Virus record (IMG/VR): IMGVR_UViG_3300024346_010589
Coordinates: 18,064-82,063 of that record
Origin: a virus
Length of the DNA stretch: 64,000 nt
Strand: one strand, 5' to 3'
Position numbers and translations under genes: made by a program
Shown: piece by piece, positions 1 through 7,564 of the stretch
How the letters are laid out: every line of letters starts with the position of its first letter
Numbering within the stretch: the first letter of the stretch is position 1
Notes under the pieces: model-generated
What the model was told of the DNA's origin: nothing
The model's input: only the letters and a program-made list of their open reading frames with translations
Databases searched by the model: none

Positions 1-812
1 ACGCAGAACTCATTAAATCGACTAAAGTTCTTGAATAGAAAATTAGTCTCCTGTAGTAAATAGAAATCAACAAGAGCTTCTTTGGCTATTTTTGTCTTAC
101 CGTAAACTTCTTCTAATTTTAACTGCTCCTCCGTTGAGCCTTCTCCTATTTCGTGGCCGGTGCCGCAACCCGGAGGGGCAAAATACCTATCTATTGAAAT
201 AGTATTTGGAAATTGATCCTTGAATATATCCACGAATTTGCTCGAATCAGAAGCTATAAAAAATTTATAATCCTTGCAGGATTTCAAAAAAGCACGAGGA
301 GCGTTAAAGAGTATATCGTCGATCTTTTCTTTATAAAACAATACGGCATCCTTCATTGGGCGAGCGCCTTCAAATCGACTTTTAACTTCCCCGTTGGACA
401 TTCTGGCGTGAACCCCAACCATGTAATTACCTTTGAATTTTTCCCGCACTATATCCTTGACGGTATTAGTTACTGATTCACTGGGCTTAATTCGAGAAAA
501 CGTGTTGTAGAATAACACGGTATCCTCTTTTGATTTTAAGGGGTTTTTGATTTTTACAGTTTTATTTGTATGTTTTTCTGAATCTTTTTTTAATTGATCT
601 ATAGATTCTTCATTAGTTATAATGTTTATATCGGTATCTATAGAGCAGAAGTATTCATTAAATAGGTTTTTTTCACCTTTGCTAGACCAGTGGCCCCGCA
701 AATCTATAAGCATATCTTGCTTTGAATTCTCGCAATGAATTAATGCATTAGTTAAGTGCCATATGGTGTCGCCCCAGCCAGCATCCCAGGAGAAATAATA
801 ATACTTGCTCAT
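1..812 (-). CDS. NodZ-like alpha-1,6-fucosyltransferase (GT23-like), runs off the left edge; not in the ORF track
   Basis: Manual translation from ATG at 812 (ATGA overlap with the upstream stop): MSKYYYFSWDAGWGDTIWHLTNALIHC..MLIDLRG..NLFNEYF...GNYMVGVHARMSNGE...KFFIASDSSKFV..FPNTISIDRYF...EALVDFYLL. This matches the NodZ pattern (GxGD, IDxRG, GVHxR.xNGE, FxxxDS, ALxDxYLL). Frame is open to position 3. Confidence 0.8.
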   Translation of the reverse strand, partial: MSKYYYFSWDAGWGDTIWHLTNALIHCENSKQDMLIDLRGHWSSKGEKNLFNEYFCSIDTDINIITNEESIDQLKKDSEKHTNKTVKIKNPLKSKEDTVLFYNTFSRIKPSESVTNTVKDIVREKFKGNYMVGVHARMSNGEVKSRFEGARPMKDAVLFYKEKIDDILFNAPRAFLKSCKDYKFFIASDSSKFVDIFKDQFPNTISIDRYFAPPGCGTGHEIGEGSTEEQLKLEEVYGKTKIAKEALVDFYLLQETNFLFKNFSRFNEFC

Positions 813-1615
813 AATATGATTTTCTCACTGCCATATTTATTAAACATTTCTTGATAATTTGGTATTTTACCATAGGCTTTTTTGCCGAATACTCTTCTGT
901 CTGTAGATAGGAAGTTCTCTACGTTGTTTTGATCTATTTCTATGTCTAGGTAGTTTACGATCTTGTCGAACTGAACTAATCTTTCCTCGTAGGTTGATAA
1001 GCCATAAAGATCTTCGTATTTGGAGACGATACTTTCGGGAGGAAGCAATTCGTGGTAGTGGGGTAGGTATTTTTGATACCACGCTACTCTTCTTTTGATT
1101 GGAGCCTCCTCTAGGGAGGTATAGTTAAATGAATCGACTAAACCCTTGTTCTCTTTGTTTTCTCCAAGCTGCCACACTTGAACTTGATTGGCAAGCTGCC
1201 AGGAAATAGCGGGGTAGAATGCGCTCTCCCTGTACTGGAAGATTATTTTTATTCCATGAGCTTGGCAGTAGCAGATAAAGTTTTCGTTCCCCTCTTCCGA
1301 AGAAGTACACCACACATGCTTGACCCCGTCAAATGTGCAAAATAATGAGTCTAGGAAATCCCACAGTTTATCGTTATCTTCTGCAATGTTGTTAAACTTA
1401 TTAAAGTATGGTATGTTTTTGGAGGCAGGCAAGTTGTCTGGAATCATTTTGTGTTGCTTGATAATTTCAGCATACCTAGGGTTGTGATCAAGATCTCCAG
1501 TCAACGAAGAAAGTGGCTCGTGCACAATTCTATCGTTTTTGTTGAGCGCAGAAATCAGACTAGTTGTTCCAGCCCGTTCCTGACCAAATATAACAAATTT
1601 AGAATCCATAACCAA
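809..1615 (-). CDS. Sulfotransferase, NodH/Stf0-like
   Basis: N-terminal FVIFGQERAGTTSL is a PAPS 5'-PSB loop, followed by HEP, IIFQYRE..AISW (3'-PB) and YEDL. Likely start is the ATG at 1609. Confidence 0.7.
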   Translation of the reverse strand: MVMDSKFVIFGQERAGTTSLISALNKNDRIVHEPLSSLTGDLDHNPRYAEIIKQHKMIPDNLPASKNIPYFNKFNNIAEDNDKLWDFLDSLFCTFDGVKHVWCTSSEEGNENFICYCQAHGIKIIFQYRESAFYPAISWQLANQVQVWQLGENKENKGLVDSFNYTSLEEAPIKRRVAWYQKYLPHYHELLPPESIVSKYEDLYGLSTYEERLVQFDKIVNYLDIEIDQNNVENFLSTDRRVFGKKAYGKIPNYQEMFNKYGSEKIIL

Positions 1616-2285
1616 AGTAATCTAAATCACGAACGAAATGATCTTCTATATATTCACGACTGTAATCAGAGTAGTAATCTCTGTAGCTCTTTTTCTTTTT
1701 ATATTCGGAACTGCTATTTTTTCGCCAGTCATCGAACCCGGAGGAGCTACTAAACCCAAAAACATCTTTTAATGCATAAAGGCATCCCTCTATGTTTTCC
1801 ATTTTATAAAACTTATCAATAGCAATATCTCCATTAATTTTTATGCGGTCAACATAGTTTTCGTAATATCCAGCGTGGAATTTTAGAATAGCTTTTTCTT
1901 CGTAGGCGTATTTGATAAAACCATCAAAGTCATCAGACATATAATACTGGTGAAATTTCTGAACATAAGGCATCATTGGTGATTCTATATTGTTTTCAAC
2001 AAAATAATCAAACTTCCATCCACCAAGATAAGAAAACATTGATACGACTCTATCAAATGGATTACGAACAACTGTGAACTTGAAGTAATCTTCGTAATCT
2101 GGCACGTCTTGCGCGATAGCATTAAGAGCTCTTTCGCAGGTCACGTGATATTTGTCATCATAATCCTGCTGGTTTTGGTTCTTTGCATAATCTGACTCTA
2201 TGTTAGAAAGCAAATAATGCTTTACAAAAGTTCCTGCAGACTTGGGTATGTGAACGTATATAAATTTATGTTCGTGACTATACAT
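1599..2285 (-). CDS. Carbohydrate sulfotransferase (Sulfotransfer_2 family)
   Basis: FIYVHIPKSAGT, FKFTVVRNPFDRVVSMF and C-terminal DLDYFGYGF. Confidence 0.85.
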   Translation of the reverse strand: MYSHEHKFIYVHIPKSAGTFVKHYLLSNIESDYAKNQNQQDYDDKYHVTCERALNAIAQDVPDYEDYFKFTVVRNPFDRVVSMFSYLGGWKFDYFVENNIESPMMPYVQKFHQYYMSDDFDGFIKYAYEEKAILKFHAGYYENYVDRIKINGDIAIDKFYKMENIEGCLYALKDVFGFSSSSGFDDWRKNSSSEYKKKKSYRDYYSDYSREYIEDHFVRDLDYFGYGF

Positions 2286-3129
2286 CGATACGATCCATTA
2301 CTTCTGGATTTTCTAGATTATCTAAAAGGAACTGCTTTCCGTCTTCCCCGCAAAGGTGACATAGATTGAACGCTTTATTGTCTTCTCCTTTTTGAAAGCA
2401 GGCTTGATAGTTCGCGTTCCAGATCCAGTCTAGAGGTTTATGTTCTTGAAGTATGTCTGTTTTTGTATATGCGTATCCGTACAGATCTTGATCGATGAAA
2501 TCTTTTCTCTCCCCCAATACTTCTAAGACTGGATTATCTATAAGTCCATGGCTCTTTAAAAAGTCAACGAAGTTATATTGATCTGGTAATACCTTGGTCA
2601 TTTTTCTTACAACTTCTCTACCCATGACATAACAACCTAAATTTAAATTGTATTTTGGTATATCTCTGTTTGTTTTTTCATTATGCCAGTATACATTTTC
2701 ATCTTCCGGTATGCTTTTTAAGTATTTCTTTAGGAAAATTTCATTCTTCTGCACAACTGCTGGGTGGAATCCGTATCCCATAACAAAATCGTTTTCCTTG
2801 TAGGCTTCAAAAATATCTGTAGCGTCTTTACTGACAACCATATCAAGATCAAGAAGCGCAAACTTATCATAGCTAGTCTTCATGAATTCATGCAAGAATA
2901 AAATCTTAATAAAGGTGCTCTTCTGGTAGAAGCTAAAGTTGTAATCATCTATTTCTTTGAATGCTGGGAAATCATTCATTGAGATAATCTTGAGGTCGCA
3001 ATTTATCTTTGATGCGTATCTCTCTAGGGACTTTAAGCAGTGTGGCACCCACGCTACATCTTGATAGCCTGGATTTGCAAAATCCGTATCAGAGGGTAGG
3101 TTGTTAATAATATATATTACGTTACTCAT
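2278..3129 (-). CDS. GT-A fold glycosyltransferase (GT8/GT34-like)
   Basis: SLERYA, KILFL..YDKFALLDLD (DxD), NLG, DQD, WN and HLCG motifs in the expected order. Confidence 0.65.
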   Translation of the reverse strand: MSNVIYIINNLPSDTDFANPGYQDVAWVPHCLKSLERYASKINCDLKIISMNDFPAFKEIDDYNFSFYQKSTFIKILFLHEFMKTSYDKFALLDLDMVVSKDATDIFEAYKENDFVMGYGFHPAVVQKNEIFLKKYLKSIPEDENVYWHNEKTNRDIPKYNLNLGCYVMGREVVRKMTKVLPDQYNFVDFLKSHGLIDNPVLEVLGERKDFIDQDLYGYAYTKTDILQEHKPLDWIWNANYQACFQKGEDNKAFNLCHLCGEDGKQFLLDNLENPEVMDRIDV

Positions 3130-4055
3130 ATCATGGTTATTTCTAAATCTTCGTCAATCAAGCCCCAGTTGTCTGGGTTCGGGTTGTCTATCATTTTGTT
3201 TCTGATGTCCAGGTCGTTAGTCTTGCGCTCCCCTTCTTGTTGCGCGTGAGGCTGCGTGGTATCGTTAGATGCTCCTTCAGATCTGTCATGATTTTGATGG
3301 TAAAAATCAGCGTCAATTGATAAACATAAATTATATATATCTTCTTTTGCGGCAATACGATTAAGGAACTCTGTATCCATGCTATTCATGTAAACCAGCT
3401 TTTCATTAAACCCTTTGTTCTCAAGGTAGCATTCTCTGTCAACCATCATAACACCAACTGCACCGCCATAAAAAGGAAAAACTTCGCCGTTTGGCATCAA
3501 TCGGCTATAGTGATTATGCTCGTGACAAATATCAACCTTCCTGGATAATTGTTGATCATATATATAATCCCTAAAAACAGAGTGATGAGATTGATCTTCA
3601 CTTAAATTTCTACGACTACAAAACGCCGCCCTTGGCCAGCTCCAACCATAATCTTTAACTTCATACTCATGGTAGAACCAGTCCATAAACCTTTGACCTA
3701 TCAAGGTGTCTTGATCGATTCTCGCAAAATGTTTGCCCTCCATGTTTCTGAATCCAACATTCATTGCGTGAACCTCTGAGAATGGAGAGTCTCCCTGGTG
3801 CCTGTCAGCTATCTCAGGTGACACGGTAACTATTTTAAGTAGACCTTTAGCTTCTGGGACTAATCTAGAGGATATGGACTCCCTTAAAGAGCCGCTACGA
3901 GAGCACCAATCAACCAGTAGGACTTCGGATTGATCAACAACATTATTCTTTGCAATGATTTCACAGGCATGATTAACTGTGTTGACACAACGGCCAACCG
4001 AATCACCATTATAATTATCATTTCTAGAAACTAATACGTAAGATATTCTTTTCAT
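3126..4055 (-). CDS. GT-A fold glycosyltransferase (GT2/GT7-like)
   Basis: ISYVLVSRNDNY, EVLLVDW, AMNVG, RIDQD (DxD), GFNEKL..MDTEF and HQNH. Confidence 0.7.
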   Translation of the reverse strand: MKRISYVLVSRNDNYNGDSVGRCVNTVNHACEIIAKNNVVDQSEVLLVDWCSRSGSLRESISSRLVPEAKGLLKIVTVSPEIADRHQGDSPFSEVHAMNVGFRNMEGKHFARIDQDTLIGQRFMDWFYHEYEVKDYGWSWPRAAFCSRRNLSEDQSHHSVFRDYIYDQQLSRKVDICHEHNHYSRLMPNGEVFPFYGGAVGVMMVDRECYLENKGFNEKLVYMNSMDTEFLNRIAAKEDIYNLCLSIDADFYHQNHDRSEGASNDTTQPHAQQEGERKTNDLDIRNKMIDNPNPDNWGLIDEDLEITMI

Positions 4056-4693
4056 GATCCTGGGACTAATCTTTTAGAGTTAAAACAGAAAACGCGATTT
4101 TGATTAGGCACTGTAACTTGTATACCTCCAATTTCTTTTAACATGTTCATGTGCATAGATCCTGGAGTGGATACGTGCTTTTCAAGATGCTTTAAGCAGT
4201 GAAAATTTATACTATTTCTGTATTGTTTATCTATGTTGTGATTGTATGTATTTGGAACTATGTAAAAAATCTTATTCATCCAGTTAAACGCATCATTTAA
4301 TTTTAAAAGAATATCTTCCGAGTCGGTGACCACAAAGAAATTAGCCTTTCTCGCATTGATTTGAACTTTATTCATTTGCGCGATATAAACATTAATGTCA
4401 CTAACTTTGTCGGCCTCGAGAATAACTCCCCAAGTATGCTCAGTAATCCTTTTATTGATTCTTATTATTTCTTCGATAGCTGTTTCTGGCATAGAGCTAA
4501 GGCTATGAATTTCGTTTTCAAATTTGTAAGATTTGTATTCCATTGTTAGTTCTTTTATTTTGTGTTGTTCAGTGTAGTATTTAAGTGATTGTTCGTAGTT
4601 TAATTCTCTATCTAGGTATTTTAATATTTGAAGGCTTTTATTTTCGTATGCTGTTTTAGCTTTATTTAGTTTTTTTTTAAAATAAGATATCAT
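4052..4693 (-). CDS. Hypothetical protein, possibly a divergent fucosyltransferase-like domain
   Basis: 213-aa ORF coupled to its neighbours. FFVVTDSEDIL resembles fucosyltransferase motif II, but the HxR motif is absent. Confidence 0.45.
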   Translation of the reverse strand: MISYFKKKLNKAKTAYENKSLQILKYLDRELNYEQSLKYYTEQHKIKELTMEYKSYKFENEIHSLSSMPETAIEEIIRINKRITEHTWGVILEADKVSDINVYIAQMNKVQINARKANFFVVTDSEDILLKLNDAFNWMNKIFYIVPNTYNHNIDKQYRNSINFHCLKHLEKHVSTPGSMHMNMLKEIGGIQVTVPNQNRVFCFNSKRLVPGS

Positions 4694-4794
4694 TAAGTTG
4701 GTGGAGCTGGAGGGAGGTCAACCTTATTGACTACCAGTTTTGATAGTTTTTTGACTATTAATTTAGCGGTTTTTTTTATAATTAAAAATGCCAT
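4693..4794 (-). CDS. Candidate 33-aa cationic peptide MAFLIIKKTAKLIVKKLSKLVVNKVDLPPAPPT
   Basis: Manual translation. The stop overlaps the next ATG (TAATG). Below the ORF-track size cut-off. Confidence 0.35.
   Translation of the reverse strand: MAFLIIKKTAKLIVKKLSKLVVNKVDLPPAPPT
4699..4723 (-). pseudogene. tmRNA/tRNA-Ala-like 3' end fragment
   Basis: Minus strand GGTTGACCTCCCTCCAGCTCCACCA resembles a tmRNA 3' end (T-arm 3' half, CAGCTCC acceptor strand, ACCA). The T-stem 5' half is broken and no GGGGCTG 5' end lies nearby. Confidence 0.35.
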
Positions 4795-4912
4795 TGTAAT
4801 CCATAAAGTAAATTAAGCACAGTCAATTATGAATTATTAATTAATTTAAAATCCCAAAGAAATAGAGAAAAATAAAAAATAGTTGAAATCGTACAGAGCA
4901 TCGTTAGTTAGA

Positions 4913-5449
4913 TTACACATTATTGAGTATAAATTTTACTATAATATCTCCCCTTTCTTTTTTGGAGGAGAAGGCCCATAGCCATACATAGCTGTTTCTA
5001 ATGTCAGATATGGTCTTTTCGGTTTTAATTATGCTTGCTTCTATGAATTTAATGTCTGAGAACTTCATTTTATTCAAGTCTATTTTTAAATCTTTAGCTA
5101 TTGAGACTAGTTTATCAATCTTATTTTCTTTTTTTGCCTCTGTTGCTTCTTGGTATGCGTCTAGTTTTTTATCATTATTGGCGACTTTATCTGGGTGAGT
5201 TTCGATTGCTATCTTTCTGTATAAGGATTTAAATTCAGGCGCAACTTCAGGCTCACCCTTCTTTTCTTTATCTTCTTTGAGTTTTTCTAGTGGGTTTTGT
5301 AGGTCGTTTCTACTGCAATAATCACAAACCTCAGAACAAAATATAGGCACTGACTCTTCGTATATAGAGTTAACTTCCGATAACTCGTTATTGAGTTCAG
5401 AACATTTAGCCTTTAGCTTTCTTAGTAGTTTTGATTTATAATCGTCCAA
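4913..5449 (-). CDS. J-domain (DnaJ-like) co-chaperone
   Basis: FKSLYRKIAIETHPDK..AYQEATEA: HPD motif with the basic helix II, flanked by coiled coils. Confidence 0.75.
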   Translation of the reverse strand: MDDYKSKLLRKLKAKCSELNNELSEVNSIYEESVPIFCSEVCDYCSRNDLQNPLEKLKEDKEKKGEPEVAPEFKSLYRKIAIETHPDKVANNDKKLDAYQEATEAKKENKIDKLVSIAKDLKIDLNKMKFSDIKFIEASIIKTEKTISDIRNSYVWLWAFSSKKERGDIIVKFILNNV

Positions 5450-5478
5450 TATACAATATTATAAAATAATATTGATAT

Positions 5479-5730
5479 TTACCCACTACTAATTTTCAAG
5501 AAATCAGAGCCATCTCTCCATACAGCCCCCCTTACCAAGGGGTCAACAGTAGGAATATTATCATAGTCAAGAATCAAATACCCCAAGCTGGCAGAAATCG
5601 AAGAAATACTTGAGCTAGAAATAGATGATGCGGAAACCTGACCTAGGTCAGACACATCACTGTCTAGGTTCTGGAAGATTCCGCTTTCGCCGCTAGTATT
5701 GCTTAATGTGTATAATGGAACTTTTGCCAT
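5479..5730 (-). CDS. Small putative virion-associated protein
   Basis: Ser-rich middle. C-terminal IPTVDPLVRGAVWRDGSDFLKISSG resembles the LPTxDPxxxGxxWxDxxxLKIS motif of phage fibre/decoration proteins. Preceded by GTGTA-N9-ATG. Confidence 0.55.
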   Translation of the reverse strand: MAKVPLYTLSNTSGESGIFQNLDSDVSDLGQVSASSISSSSISSISASLGYLILDYDNIPTVDPLVRGAVWRDGSDFLKISSG

Positions 5731-5744
5731 AATATATATTACAC
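5731..5744 (-). promoter_or_regulatory. GTGTA-N9-ATG motif (candidate phage late promoter); representative copy
   Basis: The same motif and 9-nt spacing occur at 8680, 13488 and 62192. Longer spacing occurs at 11571, 4914, 37059, 60777 and 60819. Confidence 0.6.
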
Positions 5745-5753
5745 GTAAGAATT

Positions 5754-5821
5754 AAGCGCCTTGAAGATGAATATCAGAATCTTGATCAAACAAGATGATA
5801 GGGTGAATCTCCAGGGCGCTT
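5754..5821 (-). ncRNA. Structured RNA hairpin, copy 1 (3' of nrdB)
   Basis: AAGCGCCCTGGAGAT pairs with ATCTTCAAGGCGCTT. An inner TATCA-TCTTG/CAAGA-TGATA helix is present. Related to the element at 11674-11729. Confidence 0.55.
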
Positions 5822-5829
5822 TTTAGAAT

Positions 5830-6843
5830 TTAAAAGTCGTCTTCTAGTGAGCCGCTTTGTTGATACTCGCGGACTCTTCTTTCGAAGAAATTACCCATCG
5901 CCTGCACATCAACAACCTCTCCTAGCCAAGGGAATGGGTTTTTATCGCTAGGGAACCTGTAGTCTAATCCTATAGCTTCTAAGCGTCTATTACCAATGTA
6001 ATGCATATAGTCCACGAACATGTCTGCATTCAACCCAAGTATTCCGGTGGGAAGAACATCTTTTGCATAAGCAATTTCAAGGTCAACTGCTTTTTTAATG
6101 TGTTCAATGAATTCCTCTTGAATTTCTTTAGTCCAAATAGAGGGGTTTTGATCAATTAAAGTATTGATGAGATAAGTTCCAAATGCAATGTGAGAGCTTT
6201 CGTCCCTCAATGTATATTTAATCTGATCAGAAACACCCTGTAATTTATTTTGACGACCAAGCGCAAGAAGCATAGCAAATCCACTAAAGAAAAAAGTACC
6301 TTCGCATATAATCCAGTAGGTCAAGAAGTTTCTTAATATAGCCTGCTTGCCCTCAATGCTAGTTGAGTTGAAGTCATTAGAACTAATATCGTCAGTAATC
6401 TGCATCAAGAAGTCATCCTTAGCTTTAATGCTTGGAACATTTTGATAGGCCGCATAGACCTCGTCAATTTCTAAATCAAGACTATCGCATATGTATACAA
6501 CAGTTAGGTTGTGAAGACTTTCTTCAAAAGCTTGACGCAATATATACTGGCGACACTCAGCGTCTGTAATATAACGAAAAGCGGACAAAAGCAAATTATT
6601 GCCAACCAAAGACTCACTTCCTGCAAAAAATCCAAGACATCGTTTGACAAGTAATTTTTCATCTTCTGTAATTTCATTGTTTTTCCATTGAGCTATATCG
6701 TTTTGCATAGATATTTCAGTGGGCATCCAGTTATTTGCACAGCTTTTAAGGAATAAGTCCCATGCATATTTATGTTTATGGGGCAATATTCTGTTTACCC
6801 CGGCGATATTGTCTGTTAAAAGTTCTCCTGTTTTATCTTTCAT
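5830..6843 (-). CDS. nrdB: Ribonucleotide reductase class I beta subunit, class Ic (R2c)-like
   Basis: NNWMPTEI, FFAGSESLVGNN, QAFEESLH, CEGTFFFSGF, LRDESSH and NFFERRVREYQ. Confidence 0.95.
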   Translation of the reverse strand: MKDKTGELLTDNIAGVNRILPHKHKYAWDLFLKSCANNWMPTEISMQNDIAQWKNNEITEDEKLLVKRCLGFFAGSESLVGNNLLLSAFRYITDAECRQYILRQAFEESLHNLTVVYICDSLDLEIDEVYAAYQNVPSIKAKDDFLMQITDDISSNDFNSTSIEGKQAILRNFLTYWIICEGTFFFSGFAMLLALGRQNKLQGVSDQIKYTLRDESSHIAFGTYLINTLIDQNPSIWTKEIQEEFIEHIKKAVDLEIAYAKDVLPTGILGLNADMFVDYMHYIGNRRLEAIGLDYRFPSDKNPFPWLGEVVDVQAMGNFFERRVREYQQSGSLEDDF

Positions 6844-6882
6844 GTATAGTATAACGAATGCGATTAATAATTAGATCACACA

Positions 6883-6911
6883 ACTATACAACAAAAAACA
6901 AGAAAGGTCAA
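6883..6911 (-). promoter_or_regulatory. sigma70-type promoter of nrdB
   Basis: TTGACC-17 nt-TATAGT about 40 nt upstream of the ATG. Confidence 0.6.
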
Positions 6912-6922
6912 GCAAAAAAAAA

Positions 6923-7246
6923 TCAAGAACGATTCTTAAATCTTTTAATTAACGACGTTAAATAAGAATAAACTATCGGCCAAAAACAAATAACCATAAC
7001 AATAGTTGACAGTATAGAGAAAACTGCAAAAGGAGTATCGTAGTCTATTGAATTGTTTTTATTAAAAAATTTAATTGATTCATTTTTATCTATAACTTGG
7101 TCTTTATTTATATCAGCTTTATTGAAATCATTAATACTTGGTATAACTTGTTGTATGCTTGTCGGGTTATTTGTGTTTTTACTTTTTTTAAATGTAGAAC
7201 AATTAAGCAAAAAAGGGATAATTAAAATTAATAGATATTTTTTCAT
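6923..7246 (-). CDS. Small lipoprotein-like protein with an EF-hand motif and a C-terminal TM helix
   Basis: MKKYLLILIIPFLLNC signal/lipobox-like segment, DINKDQVIDKNE EF-hand loop and hydrophobic FAVFSILSTIVMVICFWPIVY followed by a basic tail. Confidence 0.6.
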   Translation of the reverse strand: MKKYLLILIIPFLLNCSTFKKSKNTNNPTSIQQVIPSINDFNKADINKDQVIDKNESIKFFNKNNSIDYDTPFAVFSILSTIVMVICFWPIVYSYLTSLIKRFKNRS

Positions 7247-7564
7247 TTATAAATTGTCTGATATTTTTTTGAGTCTAGTTATTATGTAGTTTAGGTTTAG
7301 TGCATTTATTCTATCTACAACTATATCTCCTTTTTTGGGATGGATTAATGCGCCAGACTCCAGCTCCCCCTCGTGGAGAACATAGGAGATGAAATCATGA
7401 GCGCCGTTATTCTTCAACCAATTCCAGTACATAGATCTTGTACCCATCTTGCAGGAAAGCAGTACGTTTTCAAAATGAAACACTTTACTATACATAGTCA
7501 CGTCCCTGAAACAGGATATCTCGCTGGGTGGTTCGGATAGAGTTGAATCTATGATTAAATTCAT
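7247..7564 (-). CDS. Hypothetical protein
   Basis: 105-aa ORF tightly packed in the operon; no recognised motif. Confidence 0.6.
   Translation of the reverse strand: MNLIIDSTLSEPPSEISCFRDVTMYSKVFHFENVLLSCKMGTRSMYWNWLKNNGAHDFISYVLHEGELESGALIHPKKGDIVVDRINALNLNYIITRLKKISDNL

Noticed and set aside
213-476. Plus-strand 87-aa ORF
   Set aside because: Antisense shadow of the NodZ-like gene, which has clear motifs.
4699-5529. Intact tmRNA using GGGGCTG at about 5529 as its 5' end
   Set aside because: The span of about 830 nt is too long and crosses two CDSs, and the T-arm is broken.
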